Shown piece after piece: positions 15,794 to 25,512 of a DNA stretch of 64,000 nucleotides. The stretch spans positions 3,428 to 67,427 of the forward strand of contig JAIRNC010000056.1 in NCBI GenBank assembly GCA_031258255.1. The letters run 5' to 3'. A program made the position numbers and the translations under genes. Source of the DNA: Synergistaceae bacterium. GTDB lineage: Bacteria > Synergistota > Synergistia > Synergistales > Synergistaceae. Below the pieces are notes generated by a model. The model ran no database searches. It saw nothing but the letters and a program-made list of their open reading frames with translations, and was not told the DNA's origin. Within the stretch, counting starts at the first letter, position 1, and each line of letters opens with the position of its first letter.

Positions 15794-16981
15794 ATGGAGG
15801 GGTCTTGGTTGCCTGGGAAATATCTGCCATACGGGCATCAGAGCATAAACGAGGATGATATAAGGGCGGTGCTCGAGGTCCTTGAGGGCGAGTGGCTGAC
15901 CACAGGGCCTGCGGTCGAGGGTTTCGAGGCCGCCGTAGCTGAGTACACGGGGGCGTCCTACGCCGTATCGTTCTCCAGCGGGACGGCGGCGCTGCACGGG
16001 GCCATGCACGCAGCCGGCGTCTCGCCCGGGGACGCTGTCGTAACCACGCCGCTCACCTTCGCGGCCACGTCCAACGCCGCCATCTACTGCGGCGGCCGCC
16101 CGCTCTTCGCCGACGTTTCCGAGTCCCTCTGCCTCGACCCGGAGCAGTCGGAGCATGTCTGCCGGAACGCCGGCGCGCCGGTCAAGGCGATTGTGCCGGT
16201 GAGCTACGCCGGGTACCCGGTTGACATAAAAGCGTTCAAGGGGCTGGCCTCGCGCGTGGGCGCCGTTCTCATTGAGGACGCCGCCCACGCCCTGGGCGCG
16301 TCAAGAGGAGGGGCAAGGGTGGGCAAAGAGGCGGATATGACCGTATTCAGCTTTCACCCAGTCAAGCACATCACCACGGCGGAGGGGGGGATGGTCGTGA
16401 CTGATTCAAAGCGCTTCGCCGACCGGATGAGGCTCTTCCGCTCGCACGGCATAACCAAATCCCCCGGTGAATTCGCGCGGCCCTACGAGGGGCCGTGGGA
16501 CAACGACATGATCAGCATCGGCTACAACTACAGGCTCTCGGACGTGGCCTCAGCGCTGGGCCAGAGCCAGATCAAGAGGCTCGGGGGCTTCGTCGCGAGG
16601 CGGCGGGGGATCGCGGCGCTGTATCGCGACGCGCTCTCCGGCGGGTGCGCAGAAAACATCAAGCTGCCGCCTGACCACCCAGGCCACGCGTATCACCTCT
16701 TCCCGGTGTGGGTGCAGCCGGCCATCCGGCGGGCCGTGTTCGAGTCGCTGCGGGGAAACGGCATAGGCGTTCAGGTGCATTACGTGCCCGTGCATCTGCA
16801 CACCTACTACCGGGAAAAGTTCGGCTTCGCCCCGGGCGATTTTCCGAAAGCGGAGGCGTTCTCGGCGGGAGAGATATCCCTGCCGGTTTACACGGATATG
16901 GACGACGACGACGTCCTGTTCGCCGCGCGGACGCTCGAAGACGCGGTTGCCCGCTTGCAAGCTGAACAATCTGAGTTATAA
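15794..16981 (+). CDS. pseC: DegT/DnrJ/EryC1/StrS aminotransferase, PseC-like (UDP-4-amino-4,6-dideoxy-sugar transaminase)
   Basis: YLPYGHQSINEDDIRAVLEVLEGEWLTTGPAVEGFEAAVAEYTGASYAVSFSSGTAALH and FHPVKHITTAEGG (PLP Lys). Confidence 0.7.
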   Translation: MEGSWLPGKYLPYGHQSINEDDIRAVLEVLEGEWLTTGPAVEGFEAAVAEYTGASYAVSFSSGTAALHGAMHAAGVSPGDAVVTTPLTFAATSNAAIYCGGRPLFADVSESLCLDPEQSEHVCRNAGAPVKAIVPVSYAGYPVDIKAFKGLASRVGAVLIEDAAHALGASRGGARVGKEADMTVFSFHPVKHITTAEGGMVVTDSKRFADRMRLFRSHGITKSPGEFARPYEGPWDNDMISIGYNYRLSDVASALGQSQIKRLGGFVARRRGIAALYRDALSGGCAENIKLPPDHPGHAYHLFPVWVQPAIRRAVFESLRGNGIGVQVHYVPVHLHTYYREKFGFAPGDFPKAEAFSAGEISLPVYTDMDDDDVLFAARTLEDAVARLQAEQSEL

Positions 16982-17073
16982 TCTCAATAAGTAATTATAC
17001 TTGGACAGCGTAAATGAAGACTAGTAAAATATGATCGTTGCGGTGTGCAATAAGTTAAGAGGAGGCTTTAATC

Positions 17074-17520
17074 ATGCGATTATCTAGGAAATTTTTGTGG
17101 GTTCTAACGCTGTCGCTGTTGCTTGGCGCGTTCTCGGCCATGTCAGCCTCGGCAGCCGAGGAGAAGGTTGGGGGCATCGATCCGCAAAGGGTTCTCTTTC
17201 AGCACCCGAAGTACGAGGGGACTCTAAAGCAGATAAAGGAAATTGCGGACACCAAGCAGGAGCAGGCGAAGGCCGCCATCGACAAGGAGACGGACAACAA
17301 CAAAAAGGCAGAGATCTTCCAGGCGATGCGCCGCGAGATCGCCGAGGAGGAGCAGAAGCTGATGCAGCCCCTCTTTAAGGACATCGACCTCGCAGTCCGT
17401 GCCGTTGCCACCGCAAAGCAGGTGACGGTCGTGGTGGACAAGACGGCGCTCTTCTACGGCGGCGTGGACATCACCGACGACGTGGTACAGGAGCTAAAGA
17501 GATCCAAGAGCGGCAGCTAG
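17074..17520 (+). CDS. OmpH/Skp-family periplasmic chaperone
   Basis: 148 aa with a signal peptide (LLLGAFSAMSASA) and a Lys/Glu/Gln-rich coiled region. Confidence 0.6.
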   Translation: MRLSRKFLWVLTLSLLLGAFSAMSASAAEEKVGGIDPQRVLFQHPKYEGTLKQIKEIADTKQEQAKAAIDKETDNNKKAEIFQAMRREIAEEEQKLMQPLFKDIDLAVRAVATAKQVTVVVDKTALFYGGVDITDDVVQELKRSKSGS

Positions 17521-17553
17521 CGCGGAACAGCGCAAGATTTGCGGCAAACATTA

Positions 17554-17580
17554 CCCCGACTAAGGAGCCGGGGTTTTTTT
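17554..17580 (+). terminator. Weak intrinsic terminator after the ompH-like gene
   Basis: CCCCG...CGGGG 5-bp stem followed by T7. Confidence 0.35.
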
Positions 17581-17595
17581 ATGGAGGTGCGCGCG

Positions 17596-18090
17596 ATGTC
17601 AGAACTGAAGTTTGTGCTTGAAAGCGTTGAAATCCCTGATGGCTGCAACGTCATCGTAGGGCAGAGCCACTTCGTCAAGACCGTCGAGGACATCTTCGAG
17701 GCGCTCGTGACGAGTTCGCCGTCCCTTTTGTTCGGCGTGGCGTTCTGCGAGGCGTCGATAGAAAAGCTCGTGAGGCGCGACGGCAACGACCCGGAACTCG
17801 TGGGGTGCGCCGTCCGCAACGCGCTTAAGATCGGCGCCGGGCACTCCTTCGTCATAGTCCTGAAAAACGGCTACCCGATCAACGTGCTCCAGCGCATCAA
17901 GGCCGTCCAGGAAGTATGCGGCATCTTCGCCGCCACGGCGAACCCTCTCCAGGTCATAATCGCGCAGAGCGACCAGGGCAGGGGCATCGTCGGCGTGATA
18001 GACGGCGGCTCGCCGGTTGGGGTGGAGGACGCCTCCGGCGAGGAGTGGAGGAAGAACCTCCTGCGAAACGTCATCGGGTATAAGCGCTAA
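17596..18090 (+). CDS. Adenosine-specific kinase family protein (PF04008-like)
   Basis: MSELKFVLESVEIPDGCNVIVGQSHFVKTVEDIFEALV... GGAGG lies 8 nt upstream of the ATG at 17596. The family assignment is from memory. Confidence 0.5.
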   Translation: MSELKFVLESVEIPDGCNVIVGQSHFVKTVEDIFEALVTSSPSLLFGVAFCEASIEKLVRRDGNDPELVGCAVRNALKIGAGHSFVIVLKNGYPINVLQRIKAVQEVCGIFAATANPLQVIIAQSDQGRGIVGVIDGGSPVGVEDASGEEWRKNLLRNVIGYKR

Positions 18091-18232
18091 CAAGTAGCGG
18101 TGTTTTGTGATACTATAGCCCCCGAAGGCTTGACGGGCCGTGGCGACGTGGCCCGTCGTATGTATGTTCGTCTGGTTTAGGCCAGGGTTAGGTTGTTTAT
18201 CCTGTTTTCAGGATGAGGAGTTGGTTGACTGA

Positions 18233-20047
18233 ATGACAATGACAAGAAAAAAAAGGGGCGAGAAGCCCTCTGCCGCACGGGGAAGGACGCATTCCGGCCT
18301 TAGGATAATCCCGCTGGGCGGGCTCGGCGAAATTGGCAAGAACATCACCGCCATAGAGTATGGCGATGATATAGTGGTCATAGATTGCGGGATGAAGTTT
18401 CCCGAGGAGGAGATGCTGGGGATAGACTTCGTCGTCCCCGACGTCCAGTATCTGGTGGAGAGGCGCGAGAGGATAAGGGGCATTTTCCTGACACACGGAC
18501 ACGAGGATCACATCGGGGCCGTGCCGCTCGTACTCCCGCGCCTGGACACGCCGCTCTACGGCACGCCCCTCACGCTCGGCCTCGTGGAGAACAAGCTCTT
18601 AGACGCCCGCCTGACATACAAGCCAGACTACCGTCACGTGCAGGCGGGGATGACTGTAAAGGCCGGATGCTTCGAGGTCGGCTTCATACGGGTCTCGCAC
18701 TCCATCCCTGACTCGCTCGCAGTGTTCGTCCGCACCCCGCTAGGCACGATCCTCCACAGCGGCGACTTCAAGCTCGACGCCACGCCAGTGGGCGGGCAGG
18801 GGACGGATCTAGCTGCGTTGGCCGAGATTGGCAAGGAGGGCGTCCTGCTGCTCCTGGCCGATTCGACGAACAGCGAGCGGGCCGGCTTTACCCCTTCTGA
18901 GTCCGTCGTCACGAAGTCCTTCGAGGAGATATTCCGGTCGCACAAGGACAAGAGGATCGTGATCGCGGCGTTCGCCAGCAACCTTTACAGAGCCCAGCAG
19001 GTGTTCGTCACGGCGTCCCGCTTCAACCGCAAGGTGGTCTTAGTCGGGCGCAGCATGCTCTCCTACATCGACCTGGCGCGGCGTCTCGGCTACATGGACG
19101 TATCGGACGACCTCATCGTGACCTCCGCCGAGGCGGAGAAGCTGTCGCCCAACAGGACCGTAGTCCTCACGACGGGGAGCCAGGGCGAGCCCTTCTCCGG
19201 TCTCGTCCTCATGAGCAAGGGGGAGCACAGGCAGGTCCGCCTGGGCGCGAAGGATCTCGTTGTGATTTCAGCCACCCCCATCCCGGGGAACGAGAAGCTC
19301 GTGAGCAACACCGTGAACAGGCTCTTCGCGTGCGGGTGCGACGTCATATACGAGAAGAGCCAGGCCATCCACGTCTCAGGGCACGCCTCACGGGAGGAAC
19401 AGAAGATACTCCTGAGTCTCGTGAAGCCCCGGTACTTTATGCCGGTCCACGGCGAGTACAGGCACCTCGTCCGTCACGGCCAGCTCGCCCGCGACATGGG
19501 CATACCGATGAAGAACGTCTTCATCATGCAAAACGGCGACACCCTCTTATTCGAGGGCGACGGGCGGGTCAGGGCCGGCGGCAGGGTGCAGTCCGGGGCC
19601 ATACTGGTGGACGGGATGATGCTGGGGGAGTTCGAGGGGAGCCTCCTGAGAGACCGCAAGGAACTCTCGGAGAGCGGCGTCCTGACGATCTCGGTAGTGA
19701 CGGACGGCGAACTGAGGCTCATAGCGCCCCTGCGCATCGAAAGCAAGGGCAGCGTGTTCGCCATGGACAGGGACAACATGACGCCGGACATGGAAGGGGC
19801 CGTCACAAAGGCCCTCGACGCCGCGCGCTCCGGCGCCGTGGAGCGCAATCTGCTCTGCGCCGAGATCCGCAAGCGCGTCCGTGAGATCCTGTCGCGGAAT
19901 TTCAGGGCCAACCCCGCCATAATACCGATGGTCACCACCGTCGACCTGGATAAGCCCCTTGACCAGCCAGCGCCCAAGACCGCCGGCAGGCGCAGATCGA
20001 GGGGAGCGAAGAAGAAGGTTAATACCGATTTGCAATCAGGCGCCTAG
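18233..20047 (+). CDS. rnj: Ribonuclease J
   Basis: RIIPLGGLGEIGKNITAIEYGDDIVVIDCG, LTHGHEDHIGAVP (metallo-beta-lactamase/beta-CASP), plus a basic C-terminal tail. Confidence 0.9.
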   Translation: MTMTRKKRGEKPSAARGRTHSGLRIIPLGGLGEIGKNITAIEYGDDIVVIDCGMKFPEEEMLGIDFVVPDVQYLVERRERIRGIFLTHGHEDHIGAVPLVLPRLDTPLYGTPLTLGLVENKLLDARLTYKPDYRHVQAGMTVKAGCFEVGFIRVSHSIPDSLAVFVRTPLGTILHSGDFKLDATPVGGQGTDLAALAEIGKEGVLLLLADSTNSERAGFTPSESVVTKSFEEIFRSHKDKRIVIAAFASNLYRAQQVFVTASRFNRKVVLVGRSMLSYIDLARRLGYMDVSDDLIVTSAEAEKLSPNRTVVLTTGSQGEPFSGLVLMSKGEHRQVRLGAKDLVVISATPIPGNEKLVSNTVNRLFACGCDVIYEKSQAIHVSGHASREEQKILLSLVKPRYFMPVHGEYRHLVRHGQLARDMGIPMKNVFIMQNGDTLLFEGDGRVRAGGRVQSGAILVDGMMLGEFEGSLLRDRKELSESGVLTISVVTDGELRLIAPLRIESKGSVFAMDRDNMTPDMEGAVTKALDAARSGAVERNLLCAEIRKRVREILSRNFRANPAIIPMVTTVDLDKPLDQPAPKTAGRRRSRGAKKKVNTDLQSGA

Positions 20048-20124
20048 AGTTTAAAGATTATAATCGTATAATCGCTGCGTTTACGCGCCACTAGACGCAT
20101 CATCGACGCCCGGCTGAAATCGAA

Positions 20125-21819
20125 TTGGCATCAGGCGGAGGCGTAAAGGAGCAAAAAAGTTTCCGGCGAGAGGGAGATGTGGATTTGTCCATTCAAGACG
20201 TCTTGAATCTTTTGGGCGGCGTGGCGCTTCTCATATATGGGATCAAGATCATGGGCGACGCGCTCCAGGACCTCGCTGGCGACAACCTCAGAAAGCTGAT
20301 CTCGTCCCTCACGGGCACCCCGGTCAGGAGCGTGGCCGTCGGCGCCCTCGTCACCGTCATCATCCAGAGCAGCAGCGCCACCACCGTCATGGTCGTGAGC
20401 TTCGTCCACGTGGGCCTGATGACGCTGTCTCAAGGGTTCGGGGTGATAATGGGCGCAAACATAGGGACGACGATCACGGCGCAGTTCATGGCGTTCAGCA
20501 TACAAAAATACGCGATAGTCGCGGCGGTCGCGGGGGCGTTTTTGACGGTGGCCGGCAAGGACAGGAGGCAACGGCAGTTCGGCTCTGGCCTGGTAGGTTT
20601 TTCGCTGCTCTTCGTCGGCATGGGGATGATGCAGGACGCCATGAGCTTCCTGCGGGGACGGCAGGAATTTTTCCGCCTCGTGAACTATCACGAGGTAATA
20701 GGGCTCGCGGTGGGCGCCGGCGTGACGATGCTCATACAGGCGAGCTCCGCCACGGTCGGCCTCACGATGGTGATGGCCTCTAACGGCCTGATCAGCCTGC
20801 CGGCAGCGATAGCGATCATCCTGGGGGACAACATCGGGACGACCATAACGGCTGTCCTGGCGTCGATTGGCGGCAACAGGTCGGCGAAGCAGGCCGCAGC
20901 CGCGCACGTCATGTTCAACGTGATAGGCGCGTGTATCATGATGACTCTCCTCACCCCTTTCTCCGTCCTCGTCTCCAGCACGTCGGACGAGATCGCGCGC
21001 CAGGTGGCCAACGCCCACAGCCTGTTCAACATCATCAACACCCTGCTCTTCCTGCCTTTTATAAATCAATACACCGCCTTCATAAAGCGGATCATCCCGG
21101 ATGACAGGACGGAAGCGGAAGCCGCGCGCAACACCAGCTACCTAAACCGGAAGCTCATAACGGTAGCCCCCGCCGCCGGCGTAGACGCCGTCCGCAAGGA
21201 GATGGTGCGCCTGGGCTGGATAGCGCACGGCATGTTGAAGGACTGCCATAGGGTGCTCATCGAGAGGGAGAGCAAGATGATCCCGGAGGTCCTGATGGTC
21301 GAGAAGACTATCGACGAACTCACCCACGACATAATCAGCTATTCGACGGAAGTGGGGCAGCAGGAGCTGTCAAGCGACCTCTCTCTCATACTGAACTCCT
21401 GCGCGAGCGGCGCCGGCGACATCGAACGCATCGGCGACCACGCAGAGAACTTAGTCGAGACCGCCCAGTACATGCAGGAGAAGAAGCTGAAGTTCTCCGG
21501 CAAGGCCCTCACCGAGCTCGACGGGATGTTCGCCTTGGCGCTCCAGGCGGTCGAGAAGTCATTCAGGGCGCTGGAGTCGGAGGACTCCAACATCTCCGAC
21601 GAAGTATTCGAGATAGAGCCCAAGATAGACCGCATGGAGCGCGTCCTGCGCGCCCGCCACATCGAGCGCCTGAACAGCGGGAAATGCGAGCCGGCCACAG
21701 GGGTCGTCTTTATCGACGTGCTGAGCAACCTCGAGCGCATCGGCGACCACGCGAGGAACCTGGCCTACATAGTGAAGGACGTCGAGCGCGTCCATTCGAA
21801 GCAAAGCGCGAAGCCATAG
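20125..21819 (+). CDS. Na/Pi cotransporter family protein with C-terminal PhoU-like repeats
   Basis: Repeated QSSSATT/QASSATV motifs, then two RIGDHAxN PhoU motifs. The start is uncertain; GTG 20179 and TTG 20185 are alternatives. Confidence 0.8.
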   Translation: MASGGGVKEQKSFRREGDVDLSIQDVLNLLGGVALLIYGIKIMGDALQDLAGDNLRKLISSLTGTPVRSVAVGALVTVIIQSSSATTVMVVSFVHVGLMTLSQGFGVIMGANIGTTITAQFMAFSIQKYAIVAAVAGAFLTVAGKDRRQRQFGSGLVGFSLLFVGMGMMQDAMSFLRGRQEFFRLVNYHEVIGLAVGAGVTMLIQASSATVGLTMVMASNGLISLPAAIAIILGDNIGTTITAVLASIGGNRSAKQAAAAHVMFNVIGACIMMTLLTPFSVLVSSTSDEIARQVANAHSLFNIINTLLFLPFINQYTAFIKRIIPDDRTEAEAARNTSYLNRKLITVAPAAGVDAVRKEMVRLGWIAHGMLKDCHRVLIERESKMIPEVLMVEKTIDELTHDIISYSTEVGQQELSSDLSLILNSCASGAGDIERIGDHAENLVETAQYMQEKKLKFSGKALTELDGMFALALQAVEKSFRALESEDSNISDEVFEIEPKIDRMERVLRARHIERLNSGKCEPATGVVFIDVLSNLERIGDHARNLAYIVKDVERVHSKQSAKP

Positions 21820-21846
21820 CCGCGAAATCATGATACGGGGAGTGCT

Positions 21847-22653
21847 GTGATGAAAGAGGAGACGTTGTTCCTCGGCATGCTGCAGGGCGTGACCGAGTTC
21901 TTGCCGGTCAGCAGCTCCGGCCACCTCGGGATTGCCAAGATAACCGCAGGGATCAGCGACCCGTCGTTCGCCTTCGACCTCGTCCTCCATCTGGCCACGC
22001 TCCTGGCCGTTTTGGTCTTTTTCGCGAGGGACATCGCTTCCCTGCTGATAGAGTGGCTGTTCGGTTTTTTCAACCCAAACGCGCGCTCGTGGGACGGGTG
22101 GCGTTTTGGGTGGGCTGTAGTCGCGGGAGTCGCTGTCACGGCACCTATCGGGATCCTGTTAGAGCCGTTCGCGGCCAAAGCCTCGGCAAATCTGCTCTGG
22201 CTGGGAGGCAATCTGTGGATAACGGCGCTCCTCCTGCTCTCATCGAAGTCACTGGGCGGACACCGCGCGGTCAGGGCAAGTGACGGCCTCTTCGTCGGTC
22301 TCCTCCAGGGCCTTGCCGTGATCCCCGGCATATCCCGTTCCGGCTCTACGATGTGGGCGGGCCTCCTTCTGGGCCTCTCGAGGGACAACGCGTTCAGGTT
22401 TTCGTTTTTGCTCTCAGTGCCGACCATAGCCGGGGCTGCCGTCTACGAGGCCGCCAAAATGGGCGGGGTTGGCAACTTCATGCAGGCGCTGCCAGACGGA
22501 TGGATGCCCGCCGCGGCGTTGGCGTTCGTCTCCGGGCTGGCTTCGCTCTTCCTTTTAAAGAAGATAGTCGCGGGGGACAGATGCTGGGTGTTCTCCATAT
22601 ACAACATGACAGTGGGCGGGATCGCCTGTATTCTATACTTTATGGGGGTGTGA
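21847..22653 (+). CDS. uppP: Undecaprenyl-diphosphate phosphatase
   Basis: LQGVTEFLPVSSSGHL and PGISRSGSTM motifs. Confidence 0.9.
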   Translation: MMKEETLFLGMLQGVTEFLPVSSSGHLGIAKITAGISDPSFAFDLVLHLATLLAVLVFFARDIASLLIEWLFGFFNPNARSWDGWRFGWAVVAGVAVTAPIGILLEPFAAKASANLLWLGGNLWITALLLLSSKSLGGHRAVRASDGLFVGLLQGLAVIPGISRSGSTMWAGLLLGLSRDNAFRFSFLLSVPTIAGAAVYEAAKMGGVGNFMQALPDGWMPAAALAFVSGLASLFLLKKIVAGDRCWVFSIYNMTVGGIACILYFMGV

Positions 22654-22656
22654 CGC

Positions 22657-22908
22657 GTGCCCGCGATAATCAGAGGCTATTCGACCCGTTGGCTCTTATT
22701 CCTGGCGTGTGTGGTCCTCGGGACGTTCATAGGGATATTTTTTCAGCACTTTTCGACTACGGCCCCGCTCTTCAAGGACATCGTCAATTTCAGGATCGGC
22801 TTCGAGGATCTGGATATGCTGGCGTTTAATTTCGGCTTCCACTTCGGCCTGCGGATGAACCTGGGGACGTTCCTTGGCGGCGTCATAGGGCTTTTTGTGA
22901 CGCGATGA
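22657..22908 (+). CDS. DUF4321-like small membrane protein
   Basis: 83 aa with two hydrophobic segments. The position immediately upstream of maf is typical of this family. Confidence 0.5.
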   Translation: MPAIIRGYSTRWLLFLACVVLGTFIGIFFQHFSTTAPLFKDIVNFRIGFEDLDMLAFNFGFHFGLRMNLGTFLGGVIGLFVTR

Positions 22909-23510
22909 CGGCTCATCTTCAGAACCTGGTGCTCGCCTCCGCGAGTCCGCGACGGCGGGAGATACTCTCGTCGATAGGCGCGACGTTCGACGTGTTCCCG
23001 GCGGAAGTGGACGAGACGCCGCTGCCGGGCGAGACGCCCCCGGCGCTGGCCCTCCGCCTGGCTTGCCTCAAGGCGGAGTACGCGTCCGCCAGGGCCAGCG
23101 GCGTTTGCATAGGCGCCGACACAGTGGTTGACGTGGACGGCGTCTCGTTCGGGAAGCCGCGCGACCGCCAGGATGCGCTCTTCATGCTGCGCGCCCTCTC
23201 AGGTAGGAGCCACCTCGTCCACACGGGCCTGGCCCTTGCCTCGGGCGGCGCGATCCTGGACAGGGGGCTGGAGACGACGAAGGTCTTTTTCGGCGACCTC
23301 CCGGAGGACGAAGCGCGGGCTTTCGCCGAAAGCGGCCAGGGTGACGACAAGGCTGGCGCTTACGCCATACAGGGCCTGGGCGCGCTCTTAGTCGCGAGGA
23401 TAGAGGGATGCTACTACAACGTGGTGGGCCTGCCCGCGTTCAGGCTCAAGGGCATGTTGGGGGAACTCGCCCAAAAAATCGCCATGGAAGGAGATGTGAG
23501 GGATGCCTGA
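22905..23510 (+). CDS. maf: Maf-like nucleoside triphosphate pyrophosphatase
   Basis: LVLASASPRRREIL...GADTVV...GKP...AGAYAIQG. Confidence 0.9.
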   Translation: MTAHLQNLVLASASPRRREILSSIGATFDVFPAEVDETPLPGETPPALALRLACLKAEYASARASGVCIGADTVVDVDGVSFGKPRDRQDALFMLRALSGRSHLVHTGLALASGGAILDRGLETTKVFFGDLPEDEARAFAESGQGDDKAGAYAIQGLGALLVARIEGCYYNVVGLPAFRLKGMLGELAQKIAMEGDVRDA

Positions 23511-25512
23511 CAAGTGGGATGACGACGGGCAAACTGAAGGCGGCGAAAACCCCGCCATAGCCTTTACGCTCAAGGACAGGATAGAGGAGCTCAAACGTCC
23601 CCTCATGTCTGGCGGCAGTCTCTTCGCGCTGCTCATGCTGGCTGCGATGCTATTAGCCTCAAAGGACCTGTACAGGAGGCTCTCGGTGGAGTGGAGCCAC
23701 AGGACCGTGGCTATCGTCGCGGAGTACAAGGACGTGGTTTCGCTGGCTAAACAGTCCGGGAGCACACCGCCCCTCGTCCTGGCGGAGCTGGCGAAAAGAG
23801 GGGTGCGCGGGCTCACCGTCCAGGAGTTCACGGGAAGGGATCTCGCAAACGGCGCGATGCCGCTCGTCTACGGGCCGCTCACGTCAATGCCGAGGCAGGT
23901 CAGCGCTGGAACAGGCCTGCCGCCGGGCAGCGCGTCCATCCTGATCGACAGGTCCGCACCAGCCCTGCCGGCCATCCTCGAATACCTGAACTTAAAGATG
24001 CCGCAGAGCGAGAGGCGCGAAAGCGGCAGCCAGGTCCTGATCGTGCTGCCAGGCACAGTCGATGAGTTCGGCGACGCTGGCATCCTCCCGGATTTCGAGG
24101 CGCTGCGCTTTGCCCAGGAGGAGCGGATCGCGTCGATATTCAGGCCGTCGCCGGCCCCCGGCACAGGAAGCGACAGGATCGCTGCCGCAGTCGCGTGGGT
24201 CAAGAACCGCTTCCCGTCCATGGCCTGCATCCTGCCCTCCGGCCAGATAGTGGCAGGTTACCCGGACTTCGCCCCTCTGGCCGCCGTCTTGAAGGAAAAC
24301 GGCATTTCGACGGCGCAGGCGGAGTTCGTCCGCCAGGTTGGCGCAGGGGCGCTGTACGGGGCTGTCAAGCCTGACATACTGCCGCTGCACAGCATAGTGA
24401 AGGACGAGCTGGTCTCGCGCTTGCTGACGCGCTCACAGGTGGTGGAGAGGATGGTGCGGGCCGCACACGAGCGCTCGATCCGTCTCTTGCTCATGAGGCC
24501 ATATGAGCTCTACGCAGCTGGCCGCCTCCCTCTTTTCCTGGATGACCTGGGTAGGATACACGACTCGCTCGCGTCCAGGGGATACTCGTTCGGGTGGCCG
24601 CAGACCATCCCGCTCTTTGACGCAGGCCCGCTCTCGGCGCTCGCCGTGGCCTTCGTGTTCACGGCCTGCTTCTGGTTCCACGCGCGCAGGTACGCCGGAC
24701 GCGCGGAGAAGAGGGCCTCCGCGCTGGAGGCTGGCGCGCTGGTGGCATTTGCCGTAGCCCTGGGCCTCGCCGCATACGAAATCGCGGCCGTCCGGCGCCT
24801 GTTAGGCGGCGTCACGGCCGCGCTCGCCGCCACGGAGGCAACGATCTGGGCGCTGGACAGGTACAAAAAACCGTTCGCGGGGCTGTTCGCGGGGCTGTTG
24901 ATAGTATTGGCGGGCGGCCTGGCGGTCGCGGCGTTTTACGGGACGGCGCAGGCTATGCTCCGGCTTACGCCGTTCTCCGGCGTCAAGCTCACGCTGCTCC
25001 TCCCTCCGCTCCTCATACTGTCGAACGACCTCAAGCAGAGGGTGCATCCGGAGTCCCTCTCGCAGATAATGAGACGCCCATCGCAGTGGGGGGAGCTTTT
25101 CCTGGTAGCCTTCCTCTTAGCGGCCGCCTTCGTCCTCACCGTCCGCAGCGATAACGTCTCCTCGGTGCCTGGCTGGGAGATCAGCTTCCGGGAGATGATG
25201 GAGCGCGCCCTGGGCGTCCGTCCCCGCACGAAGGAGTTCCTGGTTGGGTACCCCTGCCTCGTCATTTACCACGCCCTCGTGCGCAGGGGGTGGGCAGTGC
25301 GGTACAGGGAGGTGTTCAGGGTCGGGTCGAGCATCGCCTTCGCCTCCGCCGTAAACGCTTTCTGCCACTTCCACACGCTCCTGCCGCTCACGGTGACGAG
25401 GGTCATCAACGGCTGGTGGCTGGGACTCGTCGTGGGCTTCGTGGCGATAGTCCTCATCGACTACATTGGCGGCCCCGTATGGCGGAAGGGCGGCAGGGAG
25501 ATATTCGAGTGA
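23503..25512 (+). CDS. Large polytopic membrane protein, DUF5693-like (usual partner of CsaB)
   Basis: 669 aa: an N-terminal extracytoplasmic domain followed by many TM helices. Overlaps csaB by 4 nt. The family name is from memory. Confidence 0.45.
   Translation: MPDKWDDDGQTEGGENPAIAFTLKDRIEELKRPLMSGGSLFALLMLAAMLLASKDLYRRLSVEWSHRTVAIVAEYKDVVSLAKQSGSTPPLVLAELAKRGVRGLTVQEFTGRDLANGAMPLVYGPLTSMPRQVSAGTGLPPGSASILIDRSAPALPAILEYLNLKMPQSERRESGSQVLIVLPGTVDEFGDAGILPDFEALRFAQEERIASIFRPSPAPGTGSDRIAAAVAWVKNRFPSMACILPSGQIVAGYPDFAPLAAVLKENGISTAQAEFVRQVGAGALYGAVKPDILPLHSIVKDELVSRLLTRSQVVERMVRAAHERSIRLLLMRPYELYAAGRLPLFLDDLGRIHDSLASRGYSFGWPQTIPLFDAGPLSALAVAFVFTACFWFHARRYAGRAEKRASALEAGALVAFAVALGLAAYEIAAVRRLLGGVTAALAATEATIWALDRYKKPFAGLFAGLLIVLAGGLAVAAFYGTAQAMLRLTPFSGVKLTLLLPPLLILSNDLKQRVHPESLSQIMRRPSQWGELFLVAFLLAAAFVLTVRSDNVSSVPGWEISFREMMERALGVRPRTKEFLVGYPCLVIYHALVRRGWAVRYREVFRVGSSIAFASAVNAFCHFHTLLPLTVTRVINGWWLGLVVGFVAIVLIDYIGGPVWRKGGREIFE

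Noticed and set aside
20077-20090. 14-mer GCGTTTACGCGCCA shared with the repeat array (58614-58627), and 13-mer AACCCGCGTTTGG shared between 58287-58299 and 62841-62853, as evidence for dispersed copies of the element.
   Set aside because: Exact 13-14-mer coincidences are expected by chance several times in a 64-kb window on two strands. Without longer flanking similarity they are not evidence for additional copies.
25290-25508. Upstream extension of the csaB ORF.
   Set aside because: It lies inside the DUF5693-like CDS in another frame. The GTG at 25509 gives the canonical CsaB N-terminus and a 4-nt coupling overlap.
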